A stretch of 63,152 nt of DNA from an uncultured Chitinophagaceae bacterium. GTDB lineage: Bacteria > Bacteroidota > Bacteroidia > Chitinophagales > CAIOSU01. Positions 36,736 to 45,640 of this stretch are shown here, in pieces. Under the pieces are notes generated by a model. The model made no database searches and was not told where the DNA came from. It saw only the letters and a list, made by a program, of their open reading frames with translations. The stretch spans positions 1 through 63,152 of the forward strand of contig CAZCXH010000005.1 of assembly GCA_964502525.1 (NCBI GenBank), in the 5' to 3' direction. Numbering within the stretch: position 1 is the stretch's first letter; each line of letters opens with the position of its first letter. The translations under genes were made by a program, and so were the position numbers.

Positions 36736-37446
36736 CTATTCCTTCGAGAGGGATTCTGTAAAAATCACATTCATTGTCGCATCAAACACCCGGATCATGT
36801 AGATGCCTTTGGAGAGGGTGTTGATGTCAAACTTCTGAACGGTTTCGATGTTATTGGGCGCCTGGGAAAACGAGAGCATTCTTCTTCCGAAAATATTGAA
36901 TATCTCAACTGTTGAAACCTCATTCACGGGAAGGTTTTTTATCAGGATATAGTCTTTGGCCGGATTGGGGTAAATGCGGATTTTATCGTTCTGAAAAGAC
37001 TTGTCCAAACCTACAACCCCGTCTGATACCGTTCCCTTAAATACACTCTGCACCACAGTATTGGCGCTGTCGCCAATCACCCAGGCTCTCATTGTAACAA
37101 ACCCTTCTCCTTCGCTGCGGTCATGAATAAAATGCACATCTAAATTTGATTCCGCCATAGGAGGGATTGTATCAGGATAGGGTGAGCGGATAATCTCTTT
37201 CGTAAAACACTCATTGGAGCCGCAAATCAGCGTATAGGACCATGCAGAAGGTATCGCTTCATGTGTTTTTTCCCATTTGATGAACATCTGATTATTAGTA
37301 TAATTTCTCACCGTACCCTCTGCAACAATTTCCAACTCGCCCCTCGTTTGCTCGGTAACAAAAAATGTATCATTGCTGAATGATATCTGCGCGCAAAGAG
37401 AAGATGCCGCAAGTACCGTCAAAACCAGTGAAGAAACCCTTTTCAT
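36736..37446 (-). CDS. T9SS-sorted secreted protein, unknown function
   Basis: The ATG at 37446 gives the signal peptide MKRVSSLVLTVLAASSLCAQ. The C-terminal IRIYPNPAKDYILIKNL...GIYMIRV is a T9SS sorting domain. Confidence 0.65.
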   Translation of the reverse strand: MKRVSSLVLTVLAASSLCAQISFSNDTFFVTEQTRGELEIVAEGTVRNYTNNQMFIKWEKTHEAIPSAWSYTLICGSNECFTKEIIRSPYPDTIPPMAESNLDVHFIHDRSEGEGFVTMRAWVIGDSANTVVQSVFKGTVSDGVVGLDKSFQNDKIRIYPNPAKDYILIKNLPVNEVSTVEIFNIFGRRMLSFSQAPNNIETVQKFDINTLSKGIYMIRVFDATMNVIFTESLSKE

Positions 37447-37583
37447 TGCCTTTACCGTCCTTGAGTTGCAACCAAATATACAAAAATACCCGTGACAATA
37501 CAAAGAATTTAACGAAGAATTAACAAAAATTAACCGGAAATTGTATCTTTGAGATGCTCTCAAAACCTTCAAAACAACAGGTC

Positions 37584-39407
37584 ATGAAAAAAATATCCAT
37601 TATCACCGTTGCGTGTGCATTTCTTTTTGCGAATGCATCCGCACAGGGAATACCTGCCCCGACCACTATCAAAAAGAAAAAAGTTCTGTTGGAATTATAT
37701 TCTGGGATTCACTGCCAGTTTTGCCCAACGGGTGACCGGGTAGCAAAGGAATTGGCAGAGGCGAATCCGGGCAAGGTCATCATTTTTGATATACAGGCCG
37801 GTATTTATGCCGCACCGTACCCCGGAGAACCGGACTACCGCACTCCATTCGGTGACGGACTGGAGGCTCTGATAGATCTCACCGGATATCCAGCGGGGGT
37901 TGTCAACCGCCATATTTTCGCGGGATGGGGGCAGGCGCCCAACGGCTTGGCTATGCCAACTAATCGCTTTGCCGCTGCCGCCAGCCAAATAATGTCTCAG
38001 GATGCTTCTGCGAATATTGGGGTGGAGGCTGAAATTGACGTGCAGACAAGGCTTCTCACGGTGAATGTTCAGGTTTATTACACGGGTAATCCCTCAACCA
38101 CCACCAACAAACTCAGCGTAGCTATTTTGCAGGACAATCTTATTGGTCCTCAAATCATAGGTTCGGGCGTTACTCCCGATCCCGACCTTGTTCTGCCGAA
38201 TGGACTATATAATCACAGTCACATGCTCCGCCACTTGCTCACAACAACCTTCGGGCAGAATATATCGCCCGCTATAGCCGGCTCTACAATTGATAAAACT
38301 TATTCATATCTGATCAGGGACAGCATTTACGAAATTCCAGCAGTGCTGGGCGATCTCAAGATTGTGGTTTTCCTCGCTGAAAACACCAAGGAGATCATCA
38401 ACGCTGAAGTTGTGAAACCGGTGTTCACCAACTTCCAATATACTCTTGACACAAAGGCTGTGGATGCCGGAATCTCGGAAGAGCCTGTGTGCGGAGGGTA
38501 CAGCAGCACTCCATTTGTAAAATTCATGAACAACGGCAGCCAAACAGTCACCTCGCTGGCTGTTGATTACACCATCAACGGCAGTATTAACAAAACCTAT
38601 CAGTGGACAGGCAATGTGGCGCCTTTCAGCGAAGCGCAAATTGATTTAACCCCAATCAACTACTATCCGCTCGAAACGAATACGCTTTCCGTCACTATCA
38701 AAAATCCCAACGGAAGCGCTGATCAAAATTCATCGAATGACGGGTATGATTATGAATTTGAATCAGCCCCCGATGCCTCCAATACTGTAATAATGAAGCT
38801 TCAGCTTGACCGTTATGGGGCGGAGGTTTCATGGAAACTGCAAAATTCAGGCGGAGCCGAACTTTATAGCGGGGGTCCTTACGCTAACGTTTCTTCAACG
38901 AGTCCGCTTCCCGCACCCATCCGCGACACATTCAGCCTGACATCCGCTGACTGTTATGAGCTGGTGGTCATTGATACATTCGGTGACGGCATACTGGGAA
39001 CCAACGTTGGTTTCACCCTGACGGATAATGAAGGTTTGGTGATTGTTTCCAATTACGCCAACTATGAATATGAAGGACGGGTTTCATTTGGCGTGGATGC
39101 GCCTAAAGTGGATTCATCCGATGTATTCACGGCTGTCGGTGACGCAAATGCGCTCGAAGGAATAAGGGTTTATCCCAATCCGGCTTCGGACGTGATTAAT
39201 ATCATTCTTCCGTCAGAGAACATCAGTAATTTGAACATCCATCTTTCCAATTTCCTTGGTCAAACGGTGATGACGCTCGCTGAAAATGAACAACAAAGGA
39301 GCGGCAATTTTCAGGTTAACACGGCAGGGTTACCTCCGGGAATTTATTTCCTGCAGTTTGCGGCCGGTGAAAACAGACATGCTCAAAAAATTGTAATCGC
39401 CAACTGA
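37584..39407 (+). CDS. thioredoxin-fold (Omp28-related-like) surface protein with T9SS C-terminal domain
   Basis: It has a signal peptide from the ATG at 37584, LLELYSGIHCQFCPTGD resembling the Omp28-related family, and a C-terminal RVYPNPASDVINI...GIYFLQF tail. Confidence 0.6.
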   Translation: MKKISIITVACAFLFANASAQGIPAPTTIKKKKVLLELYSGIHCQFCPTGDRVAKELAEANPGKVIIFDIQAGIYAAPYPGEPDYRTPFGDGLEALIDLTGYPAGVVNRHIFAGWGQAPNGLAMPTNRFAAAASQIMSQDASANIGVEAEIDVQTRLLTVNVQVYYTGNPSTTTNKLSVAILQDNLIGPQIIGSGVTPDPDLVLPNGLYNHSHMLRHLLTTTFGQNISPAIAGSTIDKTYSYLIRDSIYEIPAVLGDLKIVVFLAENTKEIINAEVVKPVFTNFQYTLDTKAVDAGISEEPVCGGYSSTPFVKFMNNGSQTVTSLAVDYTINGSINKTYQWTGNVAPFSEAQIDLTPINYYPLETNTLSVTIKNPNGSADQNSSNDGYDYEFESAPDASNTVIMKLQLDRYGAEVSWKLQNSGGAELYSGGPYANVSSTSPLPAPIRDTFSLTSADCYELVVIDTFGDGILGTNVGFTLTDNEGLVIVSNYANYEYEGRVSFGVDAPKVDSSDVFTAVGDANALEGIRVYPNPASDVINIILPSENISNLNIHLSNFLGQTVMTLAENEQQRSGNFQVNTAGLPPGIYFLQFAAGENRHAQKIVIAN

Positions 39408-39415
39408 GCGGTTGG

Positions 39416-40027
39416 TTAATGAAGGGAGGCGAACCGGTAACCCGCTTCGCTGAAAAACTGCAAAATTCCCGGAAGCGCATATTTCATCTTCGACTCTGCT
39501 TTCACGCTGTCATGCATGACGATGATTGAGCCATCCTGACAGTGGCGCAATACATTTTTCAGGCACATTTCAGGTGATGTGTTTTCATCAAAGTCCCAGC
39601 TCAGCACATCCCACATCACAATCTTGTATTGTTTTTTCAGATAATTCATCTGCGCAAGGGAAATTTTTCCGTAAGGCGGGCGGAATAAATTGCTTTTCAC
39701 CACTTCGGAACATTGCGCGATGTCGTCATAATAAATCTCATCATCTGTATCCCATCCATTCAGATGATGATAAGTGTGGTTTCCAACCACATGTCCTTTT
39801 TTCAAAATGTTTTCATAAAGCCGGGGATGCGCGGCCGCGTTTTCTCCAATACAGAAAAAAGTAGCCTTCGCATTATATTCATCCAAAGCATCAAGGGCGA
39901 AATCCGTTATGCCGGGAGTCGGCCCGTCATCAAACGTCAGGAACAGCGACCTGTCTTTTACCGGAATCCTCCACAGCAGCCCCGGAAACAGGCGCCAGAA
40001 GAATCCCGGAATTTTTGCAACGCGCAT
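39416..40027 (-). CDS. polysaccharide deacetylase (NodB homology) family protein
   Basis: It has the LTFDDGP motif and the HTYHH His cluster typical of CE4 deacetylases. Confidence 0.8.
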   Translation of the reverse strand: MRVAKIPGFFWRLFPGLLWRIPVKDRSLFLTFDDGPTPGITDFALDALDEYNAKATFFCIGENAAAHPRLYENILKKGHVVGNHTYHHLNGWDTDDEIYYDDIAQCSEVVKSNLFRPPYGKISLAQMNYLKKQYKIVMWDVLSWDFDENTSPEMCLKNVLRHCQDGSIIVMHDSVKAESKMKYALPGILQFFSEAGYRFASLH

Positions 40028-40067
40028 TCTTTAATAAAAATAAGAAAAATGAGAACTTTAGCCCCCG

Positions 40068-41609
40068 ATGAGTCAAGTTAGAGTTCGTTTCGCGCCCAGC
40101 CCGACAGGTCCGCTTCATATCGGTGGAGTAAGAACCGCCTTGTATAATTATCTTTTTGCAAGAAAAAACAAAGGTGCGTTCATCCTGCGCATAGAGGATA
40201 CCGACCAGCAGCGTTATGTGCCGCAGGCGGAGCAATACATTATTGATTCGCTGAAATGGTGCGGGCTGGAATACGATGAGGGACCGGCTGTTGGCGGTCC
40301 GTTCGCGCCATACCGCCAGTCAGAGCGAAAAGCCATTTACCGTCAATATGCGGATAAACTGGTCGAAAGCAATCATGCCTACATAGCATTTGACACTTCG
40401 CAAGAGATAGAGGAAATGCGGAATCGTTTGAAAACGAAGGAAAATCCATCCCCGCAATATGATCATGCTTCGAGAATGCAGATGAAAAATTCGCTTGTGC
40501 TGGGAAAAGCGGAGGTTCAGCGGCTGATTGACGCGGGACATAGCTATGTGATTCGCGCGAAGATGCCTGCGGTGGGCGATGTTGCCTTCAATGACCTTGT
40601 AAGGGACGAAGTGAATTTCAGCGCTTCCCTGCTTGATGACAAGGTGCTGTTCAAATCAGACGGGATGCCAACATATCACCTCGCCAATGTGGTGGATGAT
40701 TATTTAATGAAAATCACCCATGTGATTCGAGGGGAAGAATGGCTGCCGTCCACTCCGCTTCATGTATTGCTGTACAGGTTTTTCGGCTGGGAAGATGTGA
40801 TGCCGCAGTTTGCGCACCTTCCGCTCATCCTGCGTCCTGACGGCAACGGCAAACTCAGCAAGCGCGATGGCGACAGGCTCGGATTTCCGGTATTTCCGTT
40901 GAGCTGGAAGGATGAAGAAAGCGGTGAAGAATCAAAAGGATTCCGCGAGCGAGGGTTTCTGCCTGAAGCATTTATCAACATGCTCGTCTTCCTGGGTTGG
41001 AACCCCGGCACTGAGCAGGAAATTTTCAGCATGAATGAATTGGTTGAGGCGTTTTCGCTGGAACGAATCGTAAAATCAGGCGCCAAATTCGACCCCGCTA
41101 AGGCGGGATGGTTCAACCAGCAATATTTAAGGAAAAAATCTGAAAAACAACTGGCGGAGCTGCTGAAGCCTGTCTTGCAAGAACACGGAATTGAAAGAGA
41201 TGAAGCTTTTCTTCAAAGATTCTGCGGATTGCTGCTCGACAGGGTGACGCTCATCCATGATTTCTGGGAACAGGGCAGTTATTTTTTCGTCAAGCCGGCA
41301 CGCTATGATGAGAAAACGCTGCGAAAACGCTGGAAGCCTGACAGCGCTGTGATTTTCGAAAAGCTAATTGCTGAATTGCGGACATTAAAGGATTTCTCCG
41401 CCCAATCCATTGACAAGTTTGTTCATGATTTTGCTTCAACCAATAATCTCGTCATGGGGGATATCCTTCCGTCTTTCAGGATCATGCTCACCGGTGCAAC
41501 ACAGGGTCCGGCAGTGTTTGATATAGCGGCATTGCTTGGCAAAGAAGAAGTGATTGCAAGGATGAAATCCGGTGTGGAGCAATTTGGGAAGGTGCTCTTA
41601 AATAGTTAA
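40068..41609 (+). CDS. gltX: glutamate--tRNA ligase
   Basis: It has the class I HIGH motif (PTGPLHIGGVRTALYNY), the KMSKS-type motif KLSKR and an overall GltX-like sequence. Confidence 0.95.
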   Translation: MSQVRVRFAPSPTGPLHIGGVRTALYNYLFARKNKGAFILRIEDTDQQRYVPQAEQYIIDSLKWCGLEYDEGPAVGGPFAPYRQSERKAIYRQYADKLVESNHAYIAFDTSQEIEEMRNRLKTKENPSPQYDHASRMQMKNSLVLGKAEVQRLIDAGHSYVIRAKMPAVGDVAFNDLVRDEVNFSASLLDDKVLFKSDGMPTYHLANVVDDYLMKITHVIRGEEWLPSTPLHVLLYRFFGWEDVMPQFAHLPLILRPDGNGKLSKRDGDRLGFPVFPLSWKDEESGEESKGFRERGFLPEAFINMLVFLGWNPGTEQEIFSMNELVEAFSLERIVKSGAKFDPAKAGWFNQQYLRKKSEKQLAELLKPVLQEHGIERDEAFLQRFCGLLLDRVTLIHDFWEQGSYFFVKPARYDEKTLRKRWKPDSAVIFEKLIAELRTLKDFSAQSIDKFVHDFASTNNLVMGDILPSFRIMLTGATQGPAVFDIAALLGKEEVIARMKSGVEQFGKVLLNS

Positions 41610-41662
41610 TTCATTGGTTGGATTAATGCGTACTTTGTGATTCGTAAATCGTAATTTGAATT

Positions 41663-41899
41663 ATGCCCAGGAAAAAGTCAAAAACAGGAAAGCCGCAACT
41701 GCACAAAGAATTGGAAGGCTTTGAAATGTCAGTCAATGAATTCGGTGAAATCAAGAGCACCATGCCTATTGACAAGATCAATGAATTCCTGAACCGCAAT
41801 GTTGACGATAAAAAATTCAGGGAAAGGGATGACCAGGAAGAAATCAAGAAAGGCAAGTTTGCGGGCAAATCTAAAAGCGGAAACAAGAAACCAGAATGA
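41663..41899 (+). CDS. small basic hypothetical protein
   Basis: 78-aa Lys-rich ORF with no competing ORF of better quality. Function is unknown. Confidence 0.4.
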   Translation: MPRKKSKTGKPQLHKELEGFEMSVNEFGEIKSTMPIDKINEFLNRNVDDKKFRERDDQEEIKKGKFAGKSKSGNKKPE

Positions 41900-41947
41900 A
41901 GACCGGTTTTCTATTCGTCAATCGTCATTCGTAATTCGTGATCAAAA

Positions 41948-42021
41948 GGGGTTGTAGCTCAGTTGGCTAGAGCGCTTCGTTCGCAACGAAGAGGTCGGGA
42001 GTTCGACTCTCCTCAACTCCA
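41948..42021 (+). tRNA. tRNA-Ala (anticodon CGC)
   Basis: Hand-folded cloverleaf. The acceptor stem is GGGGTTG/CAACTCC with the G3:U70 alanine identity pair. The D arm is GCTC-AGTTGGCTA-GAGC, the anticodon stem is CTTCG/CGAAG with loop TTCGCAA, and the T arm is GGGAG-TTCGACT-CTCCT. The discriminator is A and no CCA is encoded. Confidence 0.9.
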
Positions 42022-42338
42022 CTTCAGGAAACCGCTATCATCGTCCTTTGAAAAACTCAGCAAGCGTCATTGCGAAGTCACCGCATGCTATGCGCGATGA
42101 GCGACTGAAGCAACCGGCACTGATTTGGTATAAGCCCCGAAATCTGCTGACCGGTAGCTGGCGATTATCTTTGCAAACTTGTCAAAACGCGCATGATTGA
42201 ATCAATTATATTCTTTTTGCTGCTGTTGCTTTTGCTCATTGCCTTTAGCTATTCTTCCTGCAGGGTCCGCTTCAATTTTCCTGCGTTGAAAGCGCTCCCC
42301 CTTGTGTTTGTGCAAGCATCAACCAAATTAATACTCAC

Positions 42339-43547
42339 ATGAATCAGGAACGTCTGATTTCGGTGCAAAGCGCCCGGCAATTGCTGGAGCAAAACATAAT
42401 TTCCCTCGCCAGGGAAGAATCTTCGCTGATAGATGCATGTGAAAAAATTTTAGCTGAAGATGTTTATGCCCCTGCAAATCATCCTTTGTTCAACCAGGCT
42501 GCGGTAGATGGTTTCGCGGTGCGATTTGAGGATGTGTCAAACGGCAATCCGCTTTTTATTGCCGGTGAGGTGAAAGCTGGAGAAAAACCATCAGTTCAGG
42601 TAAGCGGTGGCAAGGCGGTCAGGATTTTTACGGGTGCCGCGGTTCCGGCAGGAGCGGATACCGTGCTGATGCAGGAAGATGCTGAATGGGATGACAGGCA
42701 GGTGAAATTTCACGGCACTCGGTTCAAACGGGGCAGCAATGTGAGGGCGAACGGAGAGCAATTCAAAAAAGGAGATGTGGTATTGCGCAAAGGCGCGGTT
42801 CTTGCCCCCGGTGCAATCGGACTCCTTGCTTCATTGGGAATCGGCAAAGTGAAAATCCATCAGCCGCCAAAAGTAAAGCTGCTGATTACCGGAAGCGAAT
42901 TAGTGACTGCCTCCTCCGGAAAAAACGGCCGCGAACTTCCAGAAGGAAAAATTTTCGAATCAAATGGAATCATGCTGCAAGCCGCGCTGAAGTCAACCGG
43001 GTTTCATTCTTCCGTTGGCTATATCCCCGATGACGCCAGGCAACTTGCTCAAGCAATCGCGGATGCGAAGAAAGATTATTCAATCCTGCTTATTACCGGA
43101 GGCGTGTCGGTTGGCAATTATGATTTCACGCCTGCTGCGCTGGAGCAAAATGGGATCAATCCCGTGTTTCATGGCGTGGCGCAGAAACCAGGCAAGCCGC
43201 TGCTTTTCGCTCGTGACAAGGATTGCACAGTGTTCGGGCTTCCCGGAAATCCCGGATCGGTACTCACCTGTTTTTATGTTTATGTATTGCCTTATCTCAG
43301 AGCTTGTGCGCAAGCAAATGCGTTCAAGCCATCATGTTTTCTCCCGCTCGCCAATGAATATCACAAGCCAAGGGGTAAAACAATTTTTATTGCGGCCAAG
43401 GCCGGTAAAAACGGATTGGAAATTTTATCATGGCAGCAATCCTACATGCTCCGCTCATGGGGCGAGGCGGATGGCGTGGCGGAATTGGAGGAGCAATCGG
43501 AAAATTTCGCGCAAGGGCAGATGATTCCCATGCATTTTTTCAAATGA
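42339..43547 (+). CDS. moeA: molybdopterin molybdenumtransferase
   Basis: 402-aa ORF with MoeA-like domains (..AVDGFAV.., ..ITGGVSVGNYDF.., ..GLPGNPGS..). Confidence 0.9.
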   Translation: MNQERLISVQSARQLLEQNIISLAREESSLIDACEKILAEDVYAPANHPLFNQAAVDGFAVRFEDVSNGNPLFIAGEVKAGEKPSVQVSGGKAVRIFTGAAVPAGADTVLMQEDAEWDDRQVKFHGTRFKRGSNVRANGEQFKKGDVVLRKGAVLAPGAIGLLASLGIGKVKIHQPPKVKLLITGSELVTASSGKNGRELPEGKIFESNGIMLQAALKSTGFHSSVGYIPDDARQLAQAIADAKKDYSILLITGGVSVGNYDFTPAALEQNGINPVFHGVAQKPGKPLLFARDKDCTVFGLPGNPGSVLTCFYVYVLPYLRACAQANAFKPSCFLPLANEYHKPRGKTIFIAAKAGKNGLEILSWQQSYMLRSWGEADGVAELEEQSENFAQGQMIPMHFFK

Positions 43548-44146
43548 AAATAAAGTTCAGATACCCCTTTGATGAGACGACAGGCGCTGTGCTGGCTGGC
43601 GGCAGGAGCAGCCGGATGGGGCGCGACAAAGGATTAATGGAAATGGATGGAATAGCGTTGACGGAACGCATGTGGCGCTTGCTCAAGGAGGTTTGCCCGA
43701 AAGCCATAATCATCGCCAATCGAAACGGCTATGAAAAAATTGGAGCTGAAGTTTACAACGACCTGATTCCGGGAAAGGGCCCGATGGGCGGCATTCACAC
43801 CGCGCTTCAGAAAGCTGAAACGCCATTTGTGCTTACCTTAGCATGCGATATGCCGTTTGCGAATGCCCGGATGCTGAACTACATCATCCAGCATGCCGGG
43901 ACAAAGTATGATGCAGTGGTGCCGGTTCATGAGAACATGCCACAGCCGCTTTGCGCGGTTTATCAGAAAACCTGCCTGCCGGGGCTGGAAGAAATGATGA
44001 ACAAAGGAAATTACAAGCTGCAATATCTGCTGGCTACCGTGAGTACACGGCTTTTAATGATTGATAAAAAGAAGGATTGGTACAGTCCGAATTTATTCAT
44101 GAATGTCAATACCCCTGATGATTTTCAAAAAGCATTGCAGGCATGA
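43544..44146 (+). CDS. mobA: molybdenum cofactor guanylyltransferase
   Basis: The ATG at 43544 overlaps the moeA stop (ATGA). The N-terminal motif AVLAGGRSSRMGRDKGL is the MobA-type LAGG signature. Confidence 0.8.
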   Translation: MKIKFRYPFDETTGAVLAGGRSSRMGRDKGLMEMDGIALTERMWRLLKEVCPKAIIIANRNGYEKIGAEVYNDLIPGKGPMGGIHTALQKAETPFVLTLACDMPFANARMLNYIIQHAGTKYDAVVPVHENMPQPLCAVYQKTCLPGLEEMMNKGNYKLQYLLATVSTRLLMIDKKKDWYSPNLFMNVNTPDDFQKALQA

Positions 44147-44373
44147 AAGTGAAAGTGCTTTTCTTCGGATATGTGGCTCAGACGACCGGCATTACAGGCA
44201 TGGTGATGAGCGCAAGCGATACGGACCAGTTGCGGGAGATGCTTTCAAAGCAATTTCCTTCACTTGCGCAAATGCCCCTTGCGATTGCGCTGAATTATGA
44301 TATCATCAAGGAAAACACACGGCTGAATGAAAATGACGAGGTAGCGTTTCTTCCACCATTTGCAGGAGGGTAG
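44143..44373 (+). CDS. moaD: molybdopterin synthase sulfur-carrier subunit
   Basis: 76-aa ubiquitin-like ORF ending in Gly-Gly (PPFAGG). Its start overlaps the mobA stop. Confidence 0.8.
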   Translation: MKVKVLFFGYVAQTTGITGMVMSASDTDQLREMLSKQFPSLAQMPLAIALNYDIIKENTRLNENDEVAFLPPFAGG

Positions 44374-44451
44374 CATGGAGCAGGAAATCAATTCATCGAA
44401 AGGGAAATGGCAAAGAACGAAACGTCAAGATGGAAGCAAAACACATAAACC

Positions 44452-45387
44452 ATGATAGACATTACTGACAAGAGTTTTACGCTGCGCATGGCGCGCGCAC
44501 AAGCGGTAGTGGTTGCCGGCAATGAAAAAACGATAGAAGCGGTGGCAAGCAACACCGTGCCCAAAGGCAATGTCACCGAAGCGGCACGGGTTGCCGCATT
44601 ACTCGCCATCAAGCGTACGCATGAACTGCTGCCCCACTGCCATCCCCTGCCGGTTGAGTTCGCACAGGTGCAGTTTTCGTTTGATAAAAATGAAATACAT
44701 ATTGAGGCGGAAGTGAAAACGATTTACCGAACGGGTGTGGAGATGGAAGCATTGCACGGAGCCGCGACCGCAGCGCTCACCGTTTACGATATGCTCAAAC
44801 CTATTGACAAAAATCTGGAAATCAGATCCATCCGCCTGCTGGAAAAGAGCGGTGGCAAATCCGATTATAATGACAAGTTCAGCAAAGAGCTTTCAGCAGC
44901 AGTGGTAGTCATCTCTGATTCGGTTTCTGCCGGGAAGAAAAAAGACACGGCAGGCAAAGCGGTGGGCGCGCATCTCGAAAAGCTTGAAGTAAAAGTTGCG
45001 GAATACATCGTGGTTCCCGATGAGTTGCCGCAAATCCAGCAGACTGTGAAAACTCTCGCTAAACGCGGCATCGCGCTCATTGCGCTCACCGGAGGTACGG
45101 GCATCTCCCCCCGCGACATCACCCCCGAAGCGGTCACCCCGATATTGGAAAAAGAACTGCCAGGTGTGATGGAAGCCGCGCGCTGGTATGGGCAGGAGCG
45201 CATGCCTTATGCCATGCTTTCGCGCGGAGTGGCGGGCATAATCGGCAAATCGCTGGTGGTGACGCTCCCCGGCTCCACGCGGGGCGCTGCCGAATCCATG
45301 AAGGCGCTGTTCCCGTCACTGTTTCACATCTACAAAGTGCTGAACCCGGAGTATAAGCATGAGGACCGGATAGTGATGGTGAAGTAG
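44452..45387 (+). CDS. moaC: bifunctional MoaC (cyclic pyranopterin monophosphate synthase) / MoaB-MogA-like protein
   Basis: The N-terminal half is MoaC-like (..VEMEALHGAATAALTVYDMLK..). The C-terminal half is MoaB/MogA-like (VVVISDSVSAG...LTGGTGISPRDITPEA). Confidence 0.85.
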   Translation: MIDITDKSFTLRMARAQAVVVAGNEKTIEAVASNTVPKGNVTEAARVAALLAIKRTHELLPHCHPLPVEFAQVQFSFDKNEIHIEAEVKTIYRTGVEMEALHGAATAALTVYDMLKPIDKNLEIRSIRLLEKSGGKSDYNDKFSKELSAAVVVISDSVSAGKKKDTAGKAVGAHLEKLEVKVAEYIVVPDELPQIQQTVKTLAKRGIALIALTGGTGISPRDITPEAVTPILEKELPGVMEAARWYGQERMPYAMLSRGVAGIIGKSLVVTLPGSTRGAAESMKALFPSLFHIYKVLNPEYKHEDRIVMVK

Positions 45388-45640
45388 AAGGGATGGGAGA
45401 CTCTAATGGCGATTCAGCCTTTCGCAACAATGTTTTTTCTTATGAGGATCCTTCAATCCTGAAGCCGCTTTTAAATGAATCGGGTGCAGATATACCATCG
45501 GTAAACAGATTTCCGAACTTGTACCAAATAGTACCCGGTGGTATATCCTCCGAAGAAGTCCGGAGTTCTTCGGGCCCGTCAGGGTTTCGTTTTTCACGCT
45601 TGTTTCGGATTAAAATATATCTTTGAAGTAATCGCCTCTC

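Noticed and set aside
42022-42192. Moco riboswitch upstream of moeA.
   Set aside because: I could not identify conserved Moco-motif features or a convincing multi-stem fold by eye. A covariance-model search would be needed. The better candidate leader at 45388-45640 is reported as low-confidence instead.
42022-42338. tRNA-Ala 3' flank as an integration site for a mobile element.
   Set aside because: No integrase, no duplicated tRNA 3' end and no cargo genes follow. The flank leads directly into the moeA operon.
43430-43543. 38-codon upstream extension of the mobA ORF.
   Set aside because: The extension lies inside moeA in another frame. The ATG at 43544 forms an ATGA junction with the moeA stop and gives the expected MobA N-terminus.
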